DNA from: Candidatus Parcubacteria bacterium
GTDB lineage: Bacteria; Patescibacteriota; Patescibacteriia; Patescibacteriales; UBA12465
NCBI GenBank assembly: GCA_023444045.1
Contig: JAEZRQ010000006.1
Location: 177,786-241,785, forward strand
Reading direction: 5' to 3'
DNA length: 64,000 bases
In this document: positions 23,503 to 34,477 of the stretch, in pieces
How the letters are laid out: each line of letters starts with the position of its first letter
How positions within the stretch are numbered: position 1 is the stretch's first letter
Program-made: the position numbers and the translations under genes
Notes under the pieces: model-generated
What the model saw: the letters and a program-made list of their open reading frames with translations, nothing else
Told to the model about the DNA's origin: nothing
Database searches by the model: none

Positions 23503-24327
23503 ATGAAAATTGCTGGAGTTGTCATTCTTTATAATCCAGATGTAGAAGATGTTTTAAAAAACATAAAAACATATTTAAATTCAATTGATTTGTTATACGT
23601 AATTGATAATTCTAGCGTGAGTCATGAAGAATATTTTATCTTTTCAGATAAAATATCCTATATAGCTAATATGAATAATCTTGGGGTTGCCAGAGCTTTA
23701 AATCAAGCAGCCACAAAGTCTATTCAGCAGGGGTTTGATTATTTGTTGACGATGGATCAGGATTCGTTTTTTCCAACTTCATCAATTAAGGAGTATGAGA
23801 AAGTTTTTAAAAAAATAAAAGATCTCGAAAATCCCGCAGTTATTGGAATATCTCCTAAGCTTTTAAATAGTAACCTAGAAACGTTAATCAATAGTGATTA
23901 CGAAAAAGTAAATTGGGTTATAACTTCAGGCTCTATAATTAATTTAAATATTTATAATCAATTAGGAGGATTTAATGAAACTCTTTTTATTGATTGCGTC
24001 GACTACGATTATTGCTTAAGAGCTATTTTAGCTGGGCATAAAGTATTCAAGTGTAAAAATATTATCTTGTATCACATCGGAGGATCTCCTAAGTTAATTA
24101 TGGGATTTCACATCGGGCTATACTCATCAGAGAGAATATATTTTATTGCAAGAAATAGCTTGTATTTATGGAAGACATATTTTAAGGGATTCCCTAAGCT
24201 GATTACTAAAAATATTATTTTCAGTTTAGTATTTTGCTTTCTGCCGAATATAATATTCGCTAATAATAAAAAGAAAACTTTAGCAGCGTTTTTTAAGGGG
24301 TTTTCAGATTGTAGAAATATTTTATAA
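23503..24327 (+). CDS. Glycosyltransferase family 2 (rhamnosyltransferase-like)
   Basis: VVILYNPD ... VIDNSS ... TMDQDS. Confidence 0.75.
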   Translation: MKIAGVVILYNPDVEDVLKNIKTYLNSIDLLYVIDNSSVSHEEYFIFSDKISYIANMNNLGVARALNQAATKSIQQGFDYLLTMDQDSFFPTSSIKEYEKVFKKIKDLENPAVIGISPKLLNSNLETLINSDYEKVNWVITSGSIINLNIYNQLGGFNETLFIDCVDYDYCLRAILAGHKVFKCKNIILYHIGGSPKLIMGFHIGLYSSERIYFIARNSLYLWKTYFKGFPKLITKNIIFSLVFCFLPNIIFANNKKKTLAAFFKGFSDCRNIL

Positions 24328-24331
24328 TTAT

Positions 24332-25126
24332 ATGCTTTTTTTGCTTAAAAAAATATTAAAAAAACCATCTATATTAATTTTGTATTTTAGTCTGTGTATG
24401 GTGTATATAAGGCCACGTTTTAAGCGTGGGTCATTCTCTATTTTTGGTAAAAAGTTTACTTATATTGACTCAACTTCTTTTGTTTTTATGTATTTAGACA
24501 TATTTTTGAGAGAGTTGTATAAATTCAAATCATCCAGTCAAAGCCCTTTAATAATAGATTGCGGATCCAATATTGGCTTAAGCGTCATTTATTTTAAATA
24601 TCTATACCCAAAGGCAATTATAAAAGCTTTTGAGCCAGATCCAAAGGTGTTTAGTGTTTTATATGAAAATTGTAAAAAATTTAATCTGGACAACACTGAG
24701 ATTATAAACAAAGGTGTTTGGACGAGTGACTCCACAATGATGTTTTTGCCTGACGGCTCTGATGGTGGAAAGATGTTAGATTCTCAAAACGACCCCAGGT
24801 TAATAAAAGTGGAGATGATAAGATTGAAAAATCTTTTGGAATTAGAGAATAAAATAGATTTTTTAAAAATTGATATTGAAGGTGCCGAGCATGATGTTTT
24901 ATTGGATTGCCGAGAGCACCTGCTAAAAGTTGAGTTTTTGTTTGTGGAATATCATTCTGTCGAAAAAAAAGACCAGAAGCTTGGAGATGTTCTTAACATT
25001 TTAAAAGGAGCAGGCTTTAGATGTTATGTTAATAATGTTGGGCGCGCGCCTATAAATTATTTCTTAAAAAAACATTCTCAAAACGGATTTGATTTGCAGC
25101 TTAACATATATGCTGTTAAAGAATAA
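24332..25126 (+). CDS. FkbM-family methyltransferase
   Basis: IIDCGSNIGLS (SAM-binding) and FLKIDIEGAE, which is typical of FkbM. Confidence 0.75.
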   Translation: MLFLLKKILKKPSILILYFSLCMVYIRPRFKRGSFSIFGKKFTYIDSTSFVFMYLDIFLRELYKFKSSSQSPLIIDCGSNIGLSVIYFKYLYPKAIIKAFEPDPKVFSVLYENCKKFNLDNTEIINKGVWTSDSTMMFLPDGSDGGKMLDSQNDPRLIKVEMIRLKNLLELENKIDFLKIDIEGAEHDVLLDCREHLLKVEFLFVEYHSVEKKDQKLGDVLNILKGAGFRCYVNNVGRAPINYFLKKHSQNGFDLQLNIYAVKE

Positions 25127-25129
25127 TTT

Positions 25130-26353
25130 ATGAAAATACTGCATTTAAGCACAACAGATATAAAAGGAGGGGCGGGAATAGCCGCTTATCGTTTACACAA
25201 AGGACTACTTGATTCAGGGGTTAGCTCTTTGATGTATGTTCAAAGAAAGAGTAGTGATGATAAAAGTATTTTTAGCGCTGCTAATAAATTTAATTTATTT
25301 CTTGCATATTTTTGTGCTGCCGGAGATAAAATATTTTCCAATATTTTTGGCCCAAAAAATTATGAAATAACTTCTTTTTCAGTTTTCTCATCTTTTGATA
25401 TAGGAGTTATAAATAAATTTAATCCTGATATTGTGCATTTACATTGGATTTGCGGAGGGTTTATGAGTCCTAAAGATATTAGCAAGATAAAAAAGCCGAT
25501 AGTTTGGACTATGCATGATACTTGGCCTTTTTCTGGTGTTAGGCATTATAATTTAGAAAATACTTTCTATAAAACAGCTAATTCATCCGATACCAATTTT
25601 TTTGAAAAATTATTCTGGCTAAGAAAGAAATATTTTTTTTCAAAATTGGAAAGTTTGTTGGCAGTGTCTCCAAGTAGGTGGCTAGCCAAAGAAGCCGCTT
25701 CTAGTAAATTATTTCGCGACGTGCCAATAGTAGTGGCTGGCAATGGCATAGATACTAATATTTTTAAACCCAAAGATAAAACATTATCTAGAAAAAATAT
25801 TGGACTGCCGGTTGATAAAAAAATATTGTTATTTGGAGCAGTTGACTCTTTGTCCGGAGAAAGAAAAGGATATAAATTGCTTTTAGATATAATTAAAAAC
25901 ATAGCCCCACATAATCCAAAAGATTGTGTTTTAGCTGTTTTTGGATCATCCGAAAAAAGTAGTATTAATTTTGATTTACCAGTTTATTTTTTAGGAAACA
26001 TAAAATCAGAGGAGGCTTTAGCCGAGGCTTACTCAGCGGCAGATATTTTCATAGCCCCGTCAATTGAGGATAATCTACCCAATACTGTTTTAGAGTCCAT
26101 GTCTTGTGGAACCCCTGTGGCAGCTTTTAGCATAGGCGGCATGCCAGACATGATAGATAATGACGTGAATGGTATTTTAAGTGAACCATTTAATACGCGC
26201 AAGCTATCTAGTCATATCTTAAAAATTCTTTTAAGCAATGAAGATTTGAATAAAATGTCTATTGAGGCTAGAAAAAAAATAGTTGAACATTTTGATATTA
26301 AGATTGCTGTGAAAAAATACTCTGACTTGTATAATTCAATTTTAAATAAATGA
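25130..26353 (+). CDS. Glycosyltransferase family 4
   Basis: C-terminal GT1/GT4 motif: PSIEDNLPNTVLESMSCGTPVAA. Confidence 0.8.
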   Translation: MKILHLSTTDIKGGAGIAAYRLHKGLLDSGVSSLMYVQRKSSDDKSIFSAANKFNLFLAYFCAAGDKIFSNIFGPKNYEITSFSVFSSFDIGVINKFNPDIVHLHWICGGFMSPKDISKIKKPIVWTMHDTWPFSGVRHYNLENTFYKTANSSDTNFFEKLFWLRKKYFFSKLESLLAVSPSRWLAKEAASSKLFRDVPIVVAGNGIDTNIFKPKDKTLSRKNIGLPVDKKILLFGAVDSLSGERKGYKLLLDIIKNIAPHNPKDCVLAVFGSSEKSSINFDLPVYFLGNIKSEEALAEAYSAADIFIAPSIEDNLPNTVLESMSCGTPVAAFSIGGMPDMIDNDVNGILSEPFNTRKLSSHILKILLSNEDLNKMSIEARKKIVEHFDIKIAVKKYSDLYNSILNK

Positions 26354-27093
26354 AACTTTCCATCATAACCCCAAGCTATAACTCCGCCACAACTATTTCC
26401 CGCACTATTGAAAGTGTGGTTGCTCAAAATTATTCTGATTTAGAGTATATTATTATTGATGGTGCCTCAAAAGATAATACCGCCGACATCGTTAAAAGCT
26501 ATCAAGATAAAATTAAGATTAATTTTATATCCGAACCTGATAATGGTATTTATGACGGGATGAATAAGGGTATAAAAATAGCTTCCGGAGAAGTGATTGG
26601 GATTTTGAATTCCGATGATGTTTTTTTTGATAATAATGTTTTAAATACCGTTGCTGACGCTTTTGTAAAAGAGGGTGTAGACTTTGTTTATGGTGATATA
26701 AAATATTTTTCAGATGATATAAACAAAACTAGTAGATATTGGAAGACGGGAGAGTATAATAGCCTTAAATTAAATAATGGCTGGACAATACCGCACCCAG
26801 CCTTATTCCTTAGGAAAGAGGTTTATGAGAAGAGTGGATTATATAGAGATGATTTTAAAATTGCTGGTGATTATGAATTTATTCTGAGAATCCTTAAAAA
26901 GCATAATTTCAATTTAAAATATATACCCCAGGTTTTCGTAAAAATGTTTGACGGCGGGGTATCTGGCAGAAATCTAAAACAGAGAAATAGGGGGTGGACC
27001 GAGCTTAAAAAGGCTTGGCTAGTTAACGGTTTAAAATTGCCAAAGTTTTTTATTTTAAGAAGACTTATCTTTAAAATATCTCAGTTTATTTAA
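26350..27093 (+). CDS. Glycosyltransferase family 2
   Basis: LSIITPSYNS ... IIIDGASKDNT ... NSDD. An ATGA overlap links it to the upstream gene. Confidence 0.8.
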   Translation: MKLSIITPSYNSATTISRTIESVVAQNYSDLEYIIIDGASKDNTADIVKSYQDKIKINFISEPDNGIYDGMNKGIKIASGEVIGILNSDDVFFDNNVLNTVADAFVKEGVDFVYGDIKYFSDDINKTSRYWKTGEYNSLKLNNGWTIPHPALFLRKEVYEKSGLYRDDFKIAGDYEFILRILKKHNFNLKYIPQVFVKMFDGGVSGRNLKQRNRGWTELKKAWLVNGLKLPKFFILRRLIFKISQFI

Positions 27094-27105
27094 AAAAAGC
27101 TCCAA

Positions 27106-28050
27106 TCAGGAGACTCTTCTTTGTTTATAATTCTCTACAAACCACTGATAAGTATCTAGAATTCCTTTATCTAGACTTATCTTTGGTCTCCACCCTAGTT
27201 GTTTTATTTTGGTAATATCTAGTAGCTTCCTTGGTGTGCCATCCGGCCTGTTTTTATCCCAAATTATTTTACCATCGTAACCGGTAATTTTTTTTACTTT
27301 GTGGGCCAAATCTTTAATACTCAAATCTTCCCCGCAGCCAATATTGACCATCCCTTGTCTGTTATACTTATTCATCAGAAATGTTAAAGCTTCAGCTAGG
27401 TCAGTAACGTGCAGAAATTCTCTCTTTGGTCGCCCACTTCCCCAGAGGACAACTGATTTGTCGCCTTTCAATTTTGCTTCATGAAACTTCCTTATAAGAG
27501 CTGGTAGGACATGGGAGCTATTTAGGTCAAAATTGTCATTTGGTCCATAAAGATTAGTTGGCATAGCAGAAATATAATTAGTCCCATATTGCTGATTATA
27601 GAATTCGCAGAGTTTCAGTCCAGCTATCTTCGCAATTGCATAAGCTTCATTAGTTTTTTCTAGTGGGGATGTAAGTAAATATTCCTCTTTGATTGGTTGA
27701 GGGGATAGGCGTGGATATATACATGAGCTGCCCAGAAAAAGCAACTTTTTTACTTTGTATTTATAGGCGTTGTTTATTATATTAGCTTCTATCATTAAAT
27801 TATCATAGATGAACTCGGCTGGTTTTTCTTTATTTGCTAAAATGCCTCCAACCTTAGCTGCTGCCAAGAAAATGTATTCTGGTTTGAACTTCTTGAAGAA
27901 ATTTTCAACAGCTGCTTGATCAGTGAGATCTAGTTCTTGGTGCTCCTTGGTGATTAGATTGGTATAACCCTTTTCTTTTAAACTTTTCAAGATAGCTGAG
28001 CCGACTAAACCTTTATGTCCAGATATATATATTTTAGATTTTTTTAACAT
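27106..28050 (-). CDS. fcl: GDP-L-fucose synthase
   Basis: IYISGHKGLVGSAI Rossmann motif, YAIAK (YxxxK) and strong overall Fcl/WcaG likeness. I prefer the ATG at 28050 to the TTG at 28071, which would overlap gmd. Confidence 0.85.
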   Translation of the reverse strand: MLKKSKIYISGHKGLVGSAILKSLKEKGYTNLITKEHQELDLTDQAAVENFFKKFKPEYIFLAAAKVGGILANKEKPAEFIYDNLMIEANIINNAYKYKVKKLLFLGSSCIYPRLSPQPIKEEYLLTSPLEKTNEAYAIAKIAGLKLCEFYNQQYGTNYISAMPTNLYGPNDNFDLNSSHVLPALIRKFHEAKLKGDKSVVLWGSGRPKREFLHVTDLAEALTFLMNKYNRQGMVNIGCGEDLSIKDLAHKVKKITGYDGKIIWDKNRPDGTPRKLLDITKIKQLGWRPKISLDKGILDTYQWFVENYKQRRVS

Positions 28051-28051
28051 A

Positions 28052-29089
28052 TTATTTTTTTTCTGCCTCAAAATCTGCTTCAGTCATTATTTTAACAAGC
28101 TCAGCAAATTTTACCTTCGGCTCCCAACCTAATTCAGTTTGGGCTTTCTTAGGATTACCTAAAAGAACATCAACTTCAGTGGGTCGAAAATACTTTGGAT
28201 CAATGGCAACTATTTCTTGGCCGCTTATCTTATCAACCCCTTTTTCTTCTAACCCTTCTCCCTGCCACTCAATTTCCATACCAAGATGGCGGGCGCTGAT
28301 TTCTACAAATTCTCTGACTGTATGGGTTTCTCCGGTTGCCAAAACATAATCATCGGGCTTTTCAACTTGCAGCATTAAATACATGCCCTCAACATAATCT
28401 GGAGCATAACCCCAATCACGTTTAGCATCTAGATTTCCTAAATACAATGTTTTTTCTTTACCTAACTTTATTCGAGCTAACCCCCGGGTGATTTTTCTGG
28501 TTACAAAAGTCTCGCCACGTCGTGGTGATTCATGATTAAATAAAATACCGTTAACAGCGAAAAGTCCGTAACTTTCACGATAGTTTTTAGTTATCCAATA
28601 AGCATAAACTTTAGCACAGCCATAAGGAGATCGAGGGTGAAAAATGGTTTTTTCGGTTATTGGCAAATCCTCCTCAGCAACTTTACCAAACATTTCACTA
28701 GATGAAGCTTGGTAGAATTTTGTTTTAACGCCGGAATTTTTAATGGCGTCTAGTATTCTGATGGTCCCTAACCCAGTTGTATCGGCAGTATATTCTGGGA
28801 GGTCAAAGCTAACTCGGACGTGACTTTGGGCGGCTAGGTGGTATATTTCATCTGGTTTAATATTTTCAATCAAACGACTAATATTACTACTATCAGAGAT
28901 ATCGCCGTAATGCAGAAAAAGATGACGGCCAGTATCTTGTGGGTTCTGGTATATCTTTTCCAAACGACCAGTATTAAAAGTGCTGGCTCGGCGAATAACT
29001 CCATGCACCTCGTATCCCTTAGCTAATAGTAGCTCAGCTAAATATGACCCATCCTGGCCAGTGATTCCCGTGATTAAGGCTTTTTTCAT
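28052..29089 (-). CDS. gmd: GDP-mannose 4,6-dehydratase
   Basis: [30 protein letters not shown] ... SSSEMFG ... [10 protein letters not shown]. Confidence 0.9.
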   Translation of the reverse strand: MKKALITGITGQDGSYLAELLLAKGYEVHGVIRRASTFNTGRLEKIYQNPQDTGRHLFLHYGDISDSSNISRLIENIKPDEIYHLAAQSHVRVSFDLPEYTADTTGLGTIRILDAIKNSGVKTKFYQASSSEMFGKVAEEDLPITEKTIFHPRSPYGCAKVYAYWITKNYRESYGLFAVNGILFNHESPRRGETFVTRKITRGLARIKLGKEKTLYLGNLDAKRDWGYAPDYVEGMYLMLQVEKPDDYVLATGETHTVREFVEISARHLGMEIEWQGEGLEEKGVDKISGQEIVAIDPKYFRPTEVDVLLGNPKKAQTELGWEPKVKFAELVKIMTEADFEAEKK

Positions 29090-29130
29090 ATTTATATTTT
29101 AAATCTTATTTATGAGGGATATTAAAAAAA

Positions 29131-30453
29131 TTATCTCCCCCCTCTACCCAAGACAGTGGCGACTGTCTTTAGAAATATCGCAATGTCTAGATAGATGGAA
29201 CGATGTTTTAGATAATATAAATCGTATTGTAGTTTTTCCATGGTGTCTTCTAATGACGGTGAATGATAAACACCAGAGATTTGATCCCAGCCGCTAACAC
29301 CCGGTTTAATTAATAATCTAGTTTTGTAAAATGGAATTTGTTTGGCTAGTTCCTCAACATATTCCGGTCTTTCTGGTCGCGGACCGATAAAGCTCATCTG
29401 GCCTTTTAGGATGTTAACTACCTGAGGGATTTCATCAAGTCTACTTTTACGTAGAAAATTACCAAGCCTGGTGATGCGGTTGTCATTTTCTTTGGTCATT
29501 GAACCGTCATTACCGCTGGTTTTCATGGTCCGGAATTTTAGCATTTCAAAAACTTTCTCATTTAAGCCCACTCTTTTTTGGGTAAAGAAAACTGGTCCCC
29601 GGCTATCTAATTTAATGGCTAAGGCAATCAGGGGCCAAAAGGGCAGACTGATAATTAGGAGAATGCCGGCTAATACTAAATCGAAGGTCCTTTTAAAGAC
29701 ATTAAAGTAGCGTTGTTTATTTTCATTTAAACTACCTATAAACCAAGACTGGTCAATTGCTTCAAGGGGCACCTTACCGTTTATTAGTTCATAAAAATCA
29801 ACTAAACTGTAAAAAGTAATTTTAAGATTAAGGCAATTAAAAAGAGTTTCATTTAATTTAGTATTACTGCTTAGTCCAGGGGCGATGACGATGGTGTGGA
29901 CATTTTTTTCTTTTAAGATGCTGGGTAGATTTAAAATCTCTTCAGGGTTTTTAAAAACTAAGGCTGTTTCAAACCCCTGGTGTGGCTGATTTTTAATGTC
30001 ATCTAACATTTTCTCAATCTCTTTATTCCAGCCAATAAAGGCCAAGTTGTTTTTTGGCAGGTAAGCTTTAACAAAGAAGTTGAAAATATAGCGCCAGGCG
30101 AAGAAGAGCAGAGTAAAGACACTGATAAAGATGGCTAGGATTGTTTTTGGGGTAATTTCACTTTGTTTAAGATAGAAATAAACTACCGCCATTAAACCGC
30201 CAGACAAAATCGCGTTCGTGGCTGTTGCTCTGAATATTTTAAAATTATAAACCAGATTTAGGTTGTAAGCCCCGCTGATATAAAGAATTATTAACCAGAG
30301 AATAAATAATGGGGTAAAATAGCTAAGATGTTCGCTCCATCTTAAAACAGCACTAACACTTAGTGAGCGCAGCAGTAAAGAGAGCCATAAGGCGAGGTGT
30401 AAGACAGCTAAATCGCCTAATAATAAGATAATTTGTTTTAGTTTTCGGTTCAT
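29131..30453 (-). CDS. Undecaprenyl-phosphate sugar-phosphotransferase (WbaP/EpsB-type priming enzyme)
   Basis: N-terminal TM block followed by the C-terminal bacterial sugar transferase domain: FKRTFDLVLAG ... GPVFFTQKRVG ... KFRTM ... IGPRPE. Confidence 0.85.
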   Translation of the reverse strand: MNRKLKQIILLLGDLAVLHLALWLSLLLRSLSVSAVLRWSEHLSYFTPLFILWLIILYISGAYNLNLVYNFKIFRATATNAILSGGLMAVVYFYLKQSEITPKTILAIFISVFTLLFFAWRYIFNFFVKAYLPKNNLAFIGWNKEIEKMLDDIKNQPHQGFETALVFKNPEEILNLPSILKEKNVHTIVIAPGLSSNTKLNETLFNCLNLKITFYSLVDFYELINGKVPLEAIDQSWFIGSLNENKQRYFNVFKRTFDLVLAGILLIISLPFWPLIALAIKLDSRGPVFFTQKRVGLNEKVFEMLKFRTMKTSGNDGSMTKENDNRITRLGNFLRKSRLDEIPQVVNILKGQMSFIGPRPERPEYVEELAKQIPFYKTRLLIKPGVSGWDQISGVYHSPSLEDTMEKLQYDLYYLKHRSIYLDIAIFLKTVATVLGRGGR

Positions 30454-30539
30454 ATATTTATAGCTTAACTATAACAATTTAAGGTTTAAAAGGCAATTTT
30501 ACAATTTTGTTTTACCAGTCTTCATGTTATAATAAAATC

Positions 30540-31529
30540 ATGAAAACATATCAGAAAAAATTTAATTGGCCGCAAATCGGTAACGATGGTCTTTTGGAAT
30601 TTTTAGATCGCAGTTTAACTTCCGGAAAATTAGCCCAAACTTATATCTTTTCTGGACCAGAAGACTTAGGAAAAAGCACCTTAGCCCTAGCTTTTGCCAG
30701 GAATCTGCTTTTGGCTGATAAAAGTGATTTAGCTGATTTTTCCGCCGTTAATAGTGATTTACATATTTTAAGCCGTGAGGCCGGTAAAAAGAATATTTCT
30801 ATTGAAGCGGTGCGTGATTTTATCAAGACTTTATCGCTGAGCTCTTTTTTAAATTCCTATAAAATCGGTATTATTAAAGAAGCCCAGACATTAAGTGATG
30901 AAGCGGCTAATGCTTTACTTAAGACTTTAGAGGAACCACGTGAGAAGGTAATTATTATTCTGCTTACTACTTCAGTTGACCTCTTGCCGGCCACAATCGC
31001 CTCAAGAGCTCAGGTGCTATATTTTTATCCGGTTTCTTTTGATTCGGTCTATGATTATTTAACTTCAGAACTTAATTTAAAACGGGGCAGTGCTAAGGAA
31101 ATGGCCGCTCTGGCCGCTGGGCGTCCGCTTTTAGCTGCTAAATTTGCTCAAGATGAATCATTTTACGAATCTTTACTTACTAGCGCTAAATTATTCTTAA
31201 GTTTTTTAAATAGTGATATTAGTAGCCGCTTACAGAATTTACAATCATTTTTAGCTGACCATAAGCCACTGACTGTTAATCAAACAGATGATATCTTAGA
31301 ATCTTGGCAGCGAATCACTCGCGATTTAATTCTTTTTGCTCTTGATTGTCCTGATCTAATCCAACACCAAGCCCTGCTAGTAGAGATTGAAAAAATAGAT
31401 TTTAGCGACAAAGAAAATGCCTTGCTTTATTATGCTAATGTTTTAGAATTATTAAACACCCTGAAGAATTACCTGGGCGCCAATGTTACTCCTACGAACG
31501 TCTTAGAACAAGTAATTTATAATCTTTAA
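30540..31529 (+). CDS. holB: DNA polymerase III delta-prime subunit
   Basis: AQTYIFSGPEDLGKSTLALAFA (degenerate P-loop) and a LKTLEEP box. Confidence 0.75.
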   Translation: MKTYQKKFNWPQIGNDGLLEFLDRSLTSGKLAQTYIFSGPEDLGKSTLALAFARNLLLADKSDLADFSAVNSDLHILSREAGKKNISIEAVRDFIKTLSLSSFLNSYKIGIIKEAQTLSDEAANALLKTLEEPREKVIIILLTTSVDLLPATIASRAQVLYFYPVSFDSVYDYLTSELNLKRGSAKEMAALAAGRPLLAAKFAQDESFYESLLTSAKLFLSFLNSDISSRLQNLQSFLADHKPLTVNQTDDILESWQRITRDLILFALDCPDLIQHQALLVEIEKIDFSDKENALLYYANVLELLNTLKNYLGANVTPTNVLEQVIYNL

Positions 31530-31537
31530 TTAAATAT

Positions 31538-32647
31538 ATGAATAAGAAAAAAATTAGCTTTTTTGTTTTTTTACCCCTAGCCGCTTTGCTTTCGGCTTGT
31601 TCTTTTGGTGGCTCTAGTGCTACCTCAGTTGGCCCTTCTTTAGGAGGTGTTTTTTTCTCATCTGATGGTGGGGTTAGTTTTAGACAGCAATCAGCTGTTC
31701 CTTCTATTTCTGGCACCCCTGGAAGTATTAATGCTTTAAGTATTAAGACTTTAGCAGCCGATCCTAGTGATGATAAAGCGGTTTATTTAGGTACTTATGA
31801 TCAGGGTCTTTATCAAACTTATAACATTGCTGATGGTTGGAATAAAGTAAGTAGTTTTCCTAATGTCACAGTTAATAATATTGCAGTTAATCCAAAAAAT
31901 AAATGTGACATTTATGCTACTTTTGCTAATCGCCTTTATCGTTCCGTTGATTGCTCTCGTACCTGGAAGCAGATTTATATGGATGCCAGTCAGGAAGCCG
32001 TCTTTAGCGCTATGGTGATGGATTTTTATAATCCTAATAATATTTATTTAGGAAATTCCCGCGGTGATATTTTAAAGAGCATTGATGGTGGTACTTCTTG
32101 GCGGGTAATTAAGCGCTTAGATTCAGAAATTGCTAAATTAGTTTTACATCCTGAGGATAGCCGCCAAATTTTTGTGGCTACCAAGAATGCCCAGATTTTT
32201 AGTTTTATTTCTAATACTAAAACTAACCCTAATAATTCCGCTGATATTGAAGCTAACTTTGCTCTAGATAATTGGTCTGATCTTAATGCGGTGTTAAAAG
32301 ATTTGGAGATTGGCACTAATTTTATTGATTTAGTTATTTCTCCTAGCGATAACTCACTCTTCTTAGCTACTGATAAGGTCATTGCCCGTTCTCCTGATAG
32401 AGGAATTTCTTGGCAGAAGCTTAATTTGCTCCCTTCAGAAAAAGACGGTATTATAAGGGCGGTAGCTGTTAGCCCTAAAAACGCCAAACAAATTTATTAC
32501 GCAACCAATTTAACTGTGGCCCGTTCCGTTGACGGCGGCGCTACTTGGTCCAATAAAAAATTACCAACCAGCCAAGTTACCTCTGTTATCTTAATTGATC
32601 AAAATAATCCTAATAATATCTATTTAGGTGTTAAAGATGCTAAATAA
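31538..32647 (+). CDS. Lipoprotein with BNR/Asp-box beta-propeller repeats
   Basis: Lipobox LSAC. Asp-boxes SSDGGVSF, SIDGGTSW, SPDRGISW and SVDGGATW. Confidence 0.75.
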   Translation: MNKKKISFFVFLPLAALLSACSFGGSSATSVGPSLGGVFFSSDGGVSFRQQSAVPSISGTPGSINALSIKTLAADPSDDKAVYLGTYDQGLYQTYNIADGWNKVSSFPNVTVNNIAVNPKNKCDIYATFANRLYRSVDCSRTWKQIYMDASQEAVFSAMVMDFYNPNNIYLGNSRGDILKSIDGGTSWRVIKRLDSEIAKLVLHPEDSRQIFVATKNAQIFSFISNTKTNPNNSADIEANFALDNWSDLNAVLKDLEIGTNFIDLVISPSDNSLFLATDKVIARSPDRGISWQKLNLLPSEKDGIIRAVAVSPKNAKQIYYATNLTVARSVDGGATWSNKKLPTSQVTSVILIDQNNPNNIYLGVKDAK

Positions 32648-32655
32648 TAAAAAAT

Positions 32656-33210
32656 ATGAATAATTTTATCCAAGACAATCAAGAAAAATTTAATAATGTA
32701 GTGGAATTCTTTAAGAGCGATATTGCTTCACTTCGCACCGGTCGCGCTAACCCTTTAATGCTTGATGGCGTTAAGGTTGAGGCTTATGGCGTTATGAATT
32801 CTTTAAACGGTGTTGCCAATATTACTGTTACCGATGCCCGCAGTTTTTTAATTACCCCTTGGGATAAAGGAGTTGTCAAAGCCGTTGAAAAAGCGATTGT
32901 GGAGGCCGATTTAGGTTTAGGGATCGTTAATGAGGGTGATAAGATTCGTTTAACTATTCCGCCACTGACCGAAGAAAATCGTAAAGACTTAGTTAAAAAA
33001 CTTAATGAACGTTTAGAAAAAGCTCGCATCTCTTTAAGACAAGTTCGTGAAGATGTAAAGAGCGAAATTGAAGAATCTTTTGCGGCTAAAGAACTAACTG
33101 AAGATGAAAAATTTCGCAATGAAAAAGATTTAGATGAGTTCGTCGCCAAAAAGAATGATGAGCTTAAGGAGTTAAGGGATAAGAAAGAAAAAGATATAAT
33201 GGAAATTTAA
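32656..33210 (+). CDS. frr: Ribosome recycling factor
   Basis: LRTGRANPLMLDGVKVEAYG ... IPPLTEENRKDLVK. Confidence 0.9.
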   Translation: MNNFIQDNQEKFNNVVEFFKSDIASLRTGRANPLMLDGVKVEAYGVMNSLNGVANITVTDARSFLITPWDKGVVKAVEKAIVEADLGLGIVNEGDKIRLTIPPLTEENRKDLVKKLNERLEKARISLRQVREDVKSEIEESFAAKELTEDEKFRNEKDLDEFVAKKNDELKELRDKKEKDIMEI

Positions 33211-33214
33211 TTAC

Positions 33215-34330
33215 ATGTTTACTACAATCATAATTTTTTTACTGATTCTATCATTATTAGTTTTTGTTCATGAGTTCGGTCATTTTTTTACTGCCCGTAA
33301 GTTTGGTGTGAAAGCTGATGAATTTGGAATTGGTTTTCCGCCACGCGCAATTGGTGTTTATAAGGACAGTAAAAATCGTTGGCGTAAGTTAGTTGGTAAT
33401 AAAGAGTTAGACTCTCTAGAGGGGGATGATAAACCAGTTGATACTGTTTATTCTTTAAACTGGTTGCCGCTGGGTGGTTTTGTGAAGATTAAGGGGCAAG
33501 ACGGTGAGAACCCTCAAGATCAAGATAGTTTTGGTTCTAAAAAGATTTGGAAAAGAGCCATTATCTTAGTCGCTGGGGTTTTTATGAACGTAGTGTTGGC
33601 TTTCGTTCTATTTTCTACTTGTTATATTATTGGTGCCCCGCAATCAGTTCCTAGCGGTGGTAAAATTCAAATTACTGAAGTATCAAAAAATTCACCAGCT
33701 GCCGTTGGCGGAGTTTTAAGCGGTGATGTTATTAGTAGTATTGATGGTATTAATTTTGAAACTATCTCTGATTTGCAGGAATATATCAATGTTAAAGGCG
33801 GTCAGGAAATTTCTTTAGCAATCGTTCGCCAAGATGAGGTGGTTAATTTAAATGTTATTCCAGAAGTAAAAGATGATAAGGCCTTAATCGGCATTGGCCT
33901 TGATCAGATAGATGTCGTTTCTTATCCATTTTTTCAGGCTGTTTGGGAAGGCCTTAAGCACACTGTTATTTTATTCTGGTTGATTATTGTGGCTTTCTTT
34001 AAATTAATTTATGACTTAATTGTTGGTACTGGAGTAGGGGATGCTGTTGGTGGGCCGATTAGAATTGCTCAAATGACTGGTGAGGTGGCCCGTTTTGGAT
34101 TGGTAAATCTCTTTAATTTTACCGCCTTATTATCGCTTAATTTAGCAGTTATTAATCTCTTGCCGCTACCAGCTTTAGATGGTGGCCGTATCCTGTTTTT
34201 AATCATTGAAAAAATTAAGGGTAAGCCGGTAAAGAGAGAAACAGAGGCTTTAGTTCACAATATCGGTTTTATGCTGCTGATGGCTTTAATCGTTTTAATT
34301 ACCTATAAAGACATTGCTAGAATGTTTTAA
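33215..34330 (+). CDS. rseP: RIP (site-2) zinc metalloprotease
   Basis: HEFGHF zinc motif, a PDZ segment, and the NLLPLPALDGG motif. Confidence 0.9.
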   Translation: MFTTIIIFLLILSLLVFVHEFGHFFTARKFGVKADEFGIGFPPRAIGVYKDSKNRWRKLVGNKELDSLEGDDKPVDTVYSLNWLPLGGFVKIKGQDGENPQDQDSFGSKKIWKRAIILVAGVFMNVVLAFVLFSTCYIIGAPQSVPSGGKIQITEVSKNSPAAVGGVLSGDVISSIDGINFETISDLQEYINVKGGQEISLAIVRQDEVVNLNVIPEVKDDKALIGIGLDQIDVVSYPFFQAVWEGLKHTVILFWLIIVAFFKLIYDLIVGTGVGDAVGGPIRIAQMTGEVARFGLVNLFNFTALLSLNLAVINLLPLPALDGGRILFLIIEKIKGKPVKRETEALVHNIGFMLLMALIVLITYKDIARMF

Positions 34331-34348
34331 AATTTGTTTTTTTGCTAA

Positions 34349-34379
34349 GAATCGAGCTATTTTCTAGCTCGATTTTTTG
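34349..34379 (+). terminator. Rho-independent terminator
   Basis: ATCGAGCTA-ttttc-TAGCTCGAT followed by TTTTT. Confidence 0.8.
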
Positions 34380-34477
34380 TATCAAAAATGTTATAATATG
34401 GGTGTCAGAAATAGTCCTTTAGATAATTAAGATTACTTTTAACAAGAGCATTTTTTGTTAAAAGGGTCATTATTTTT

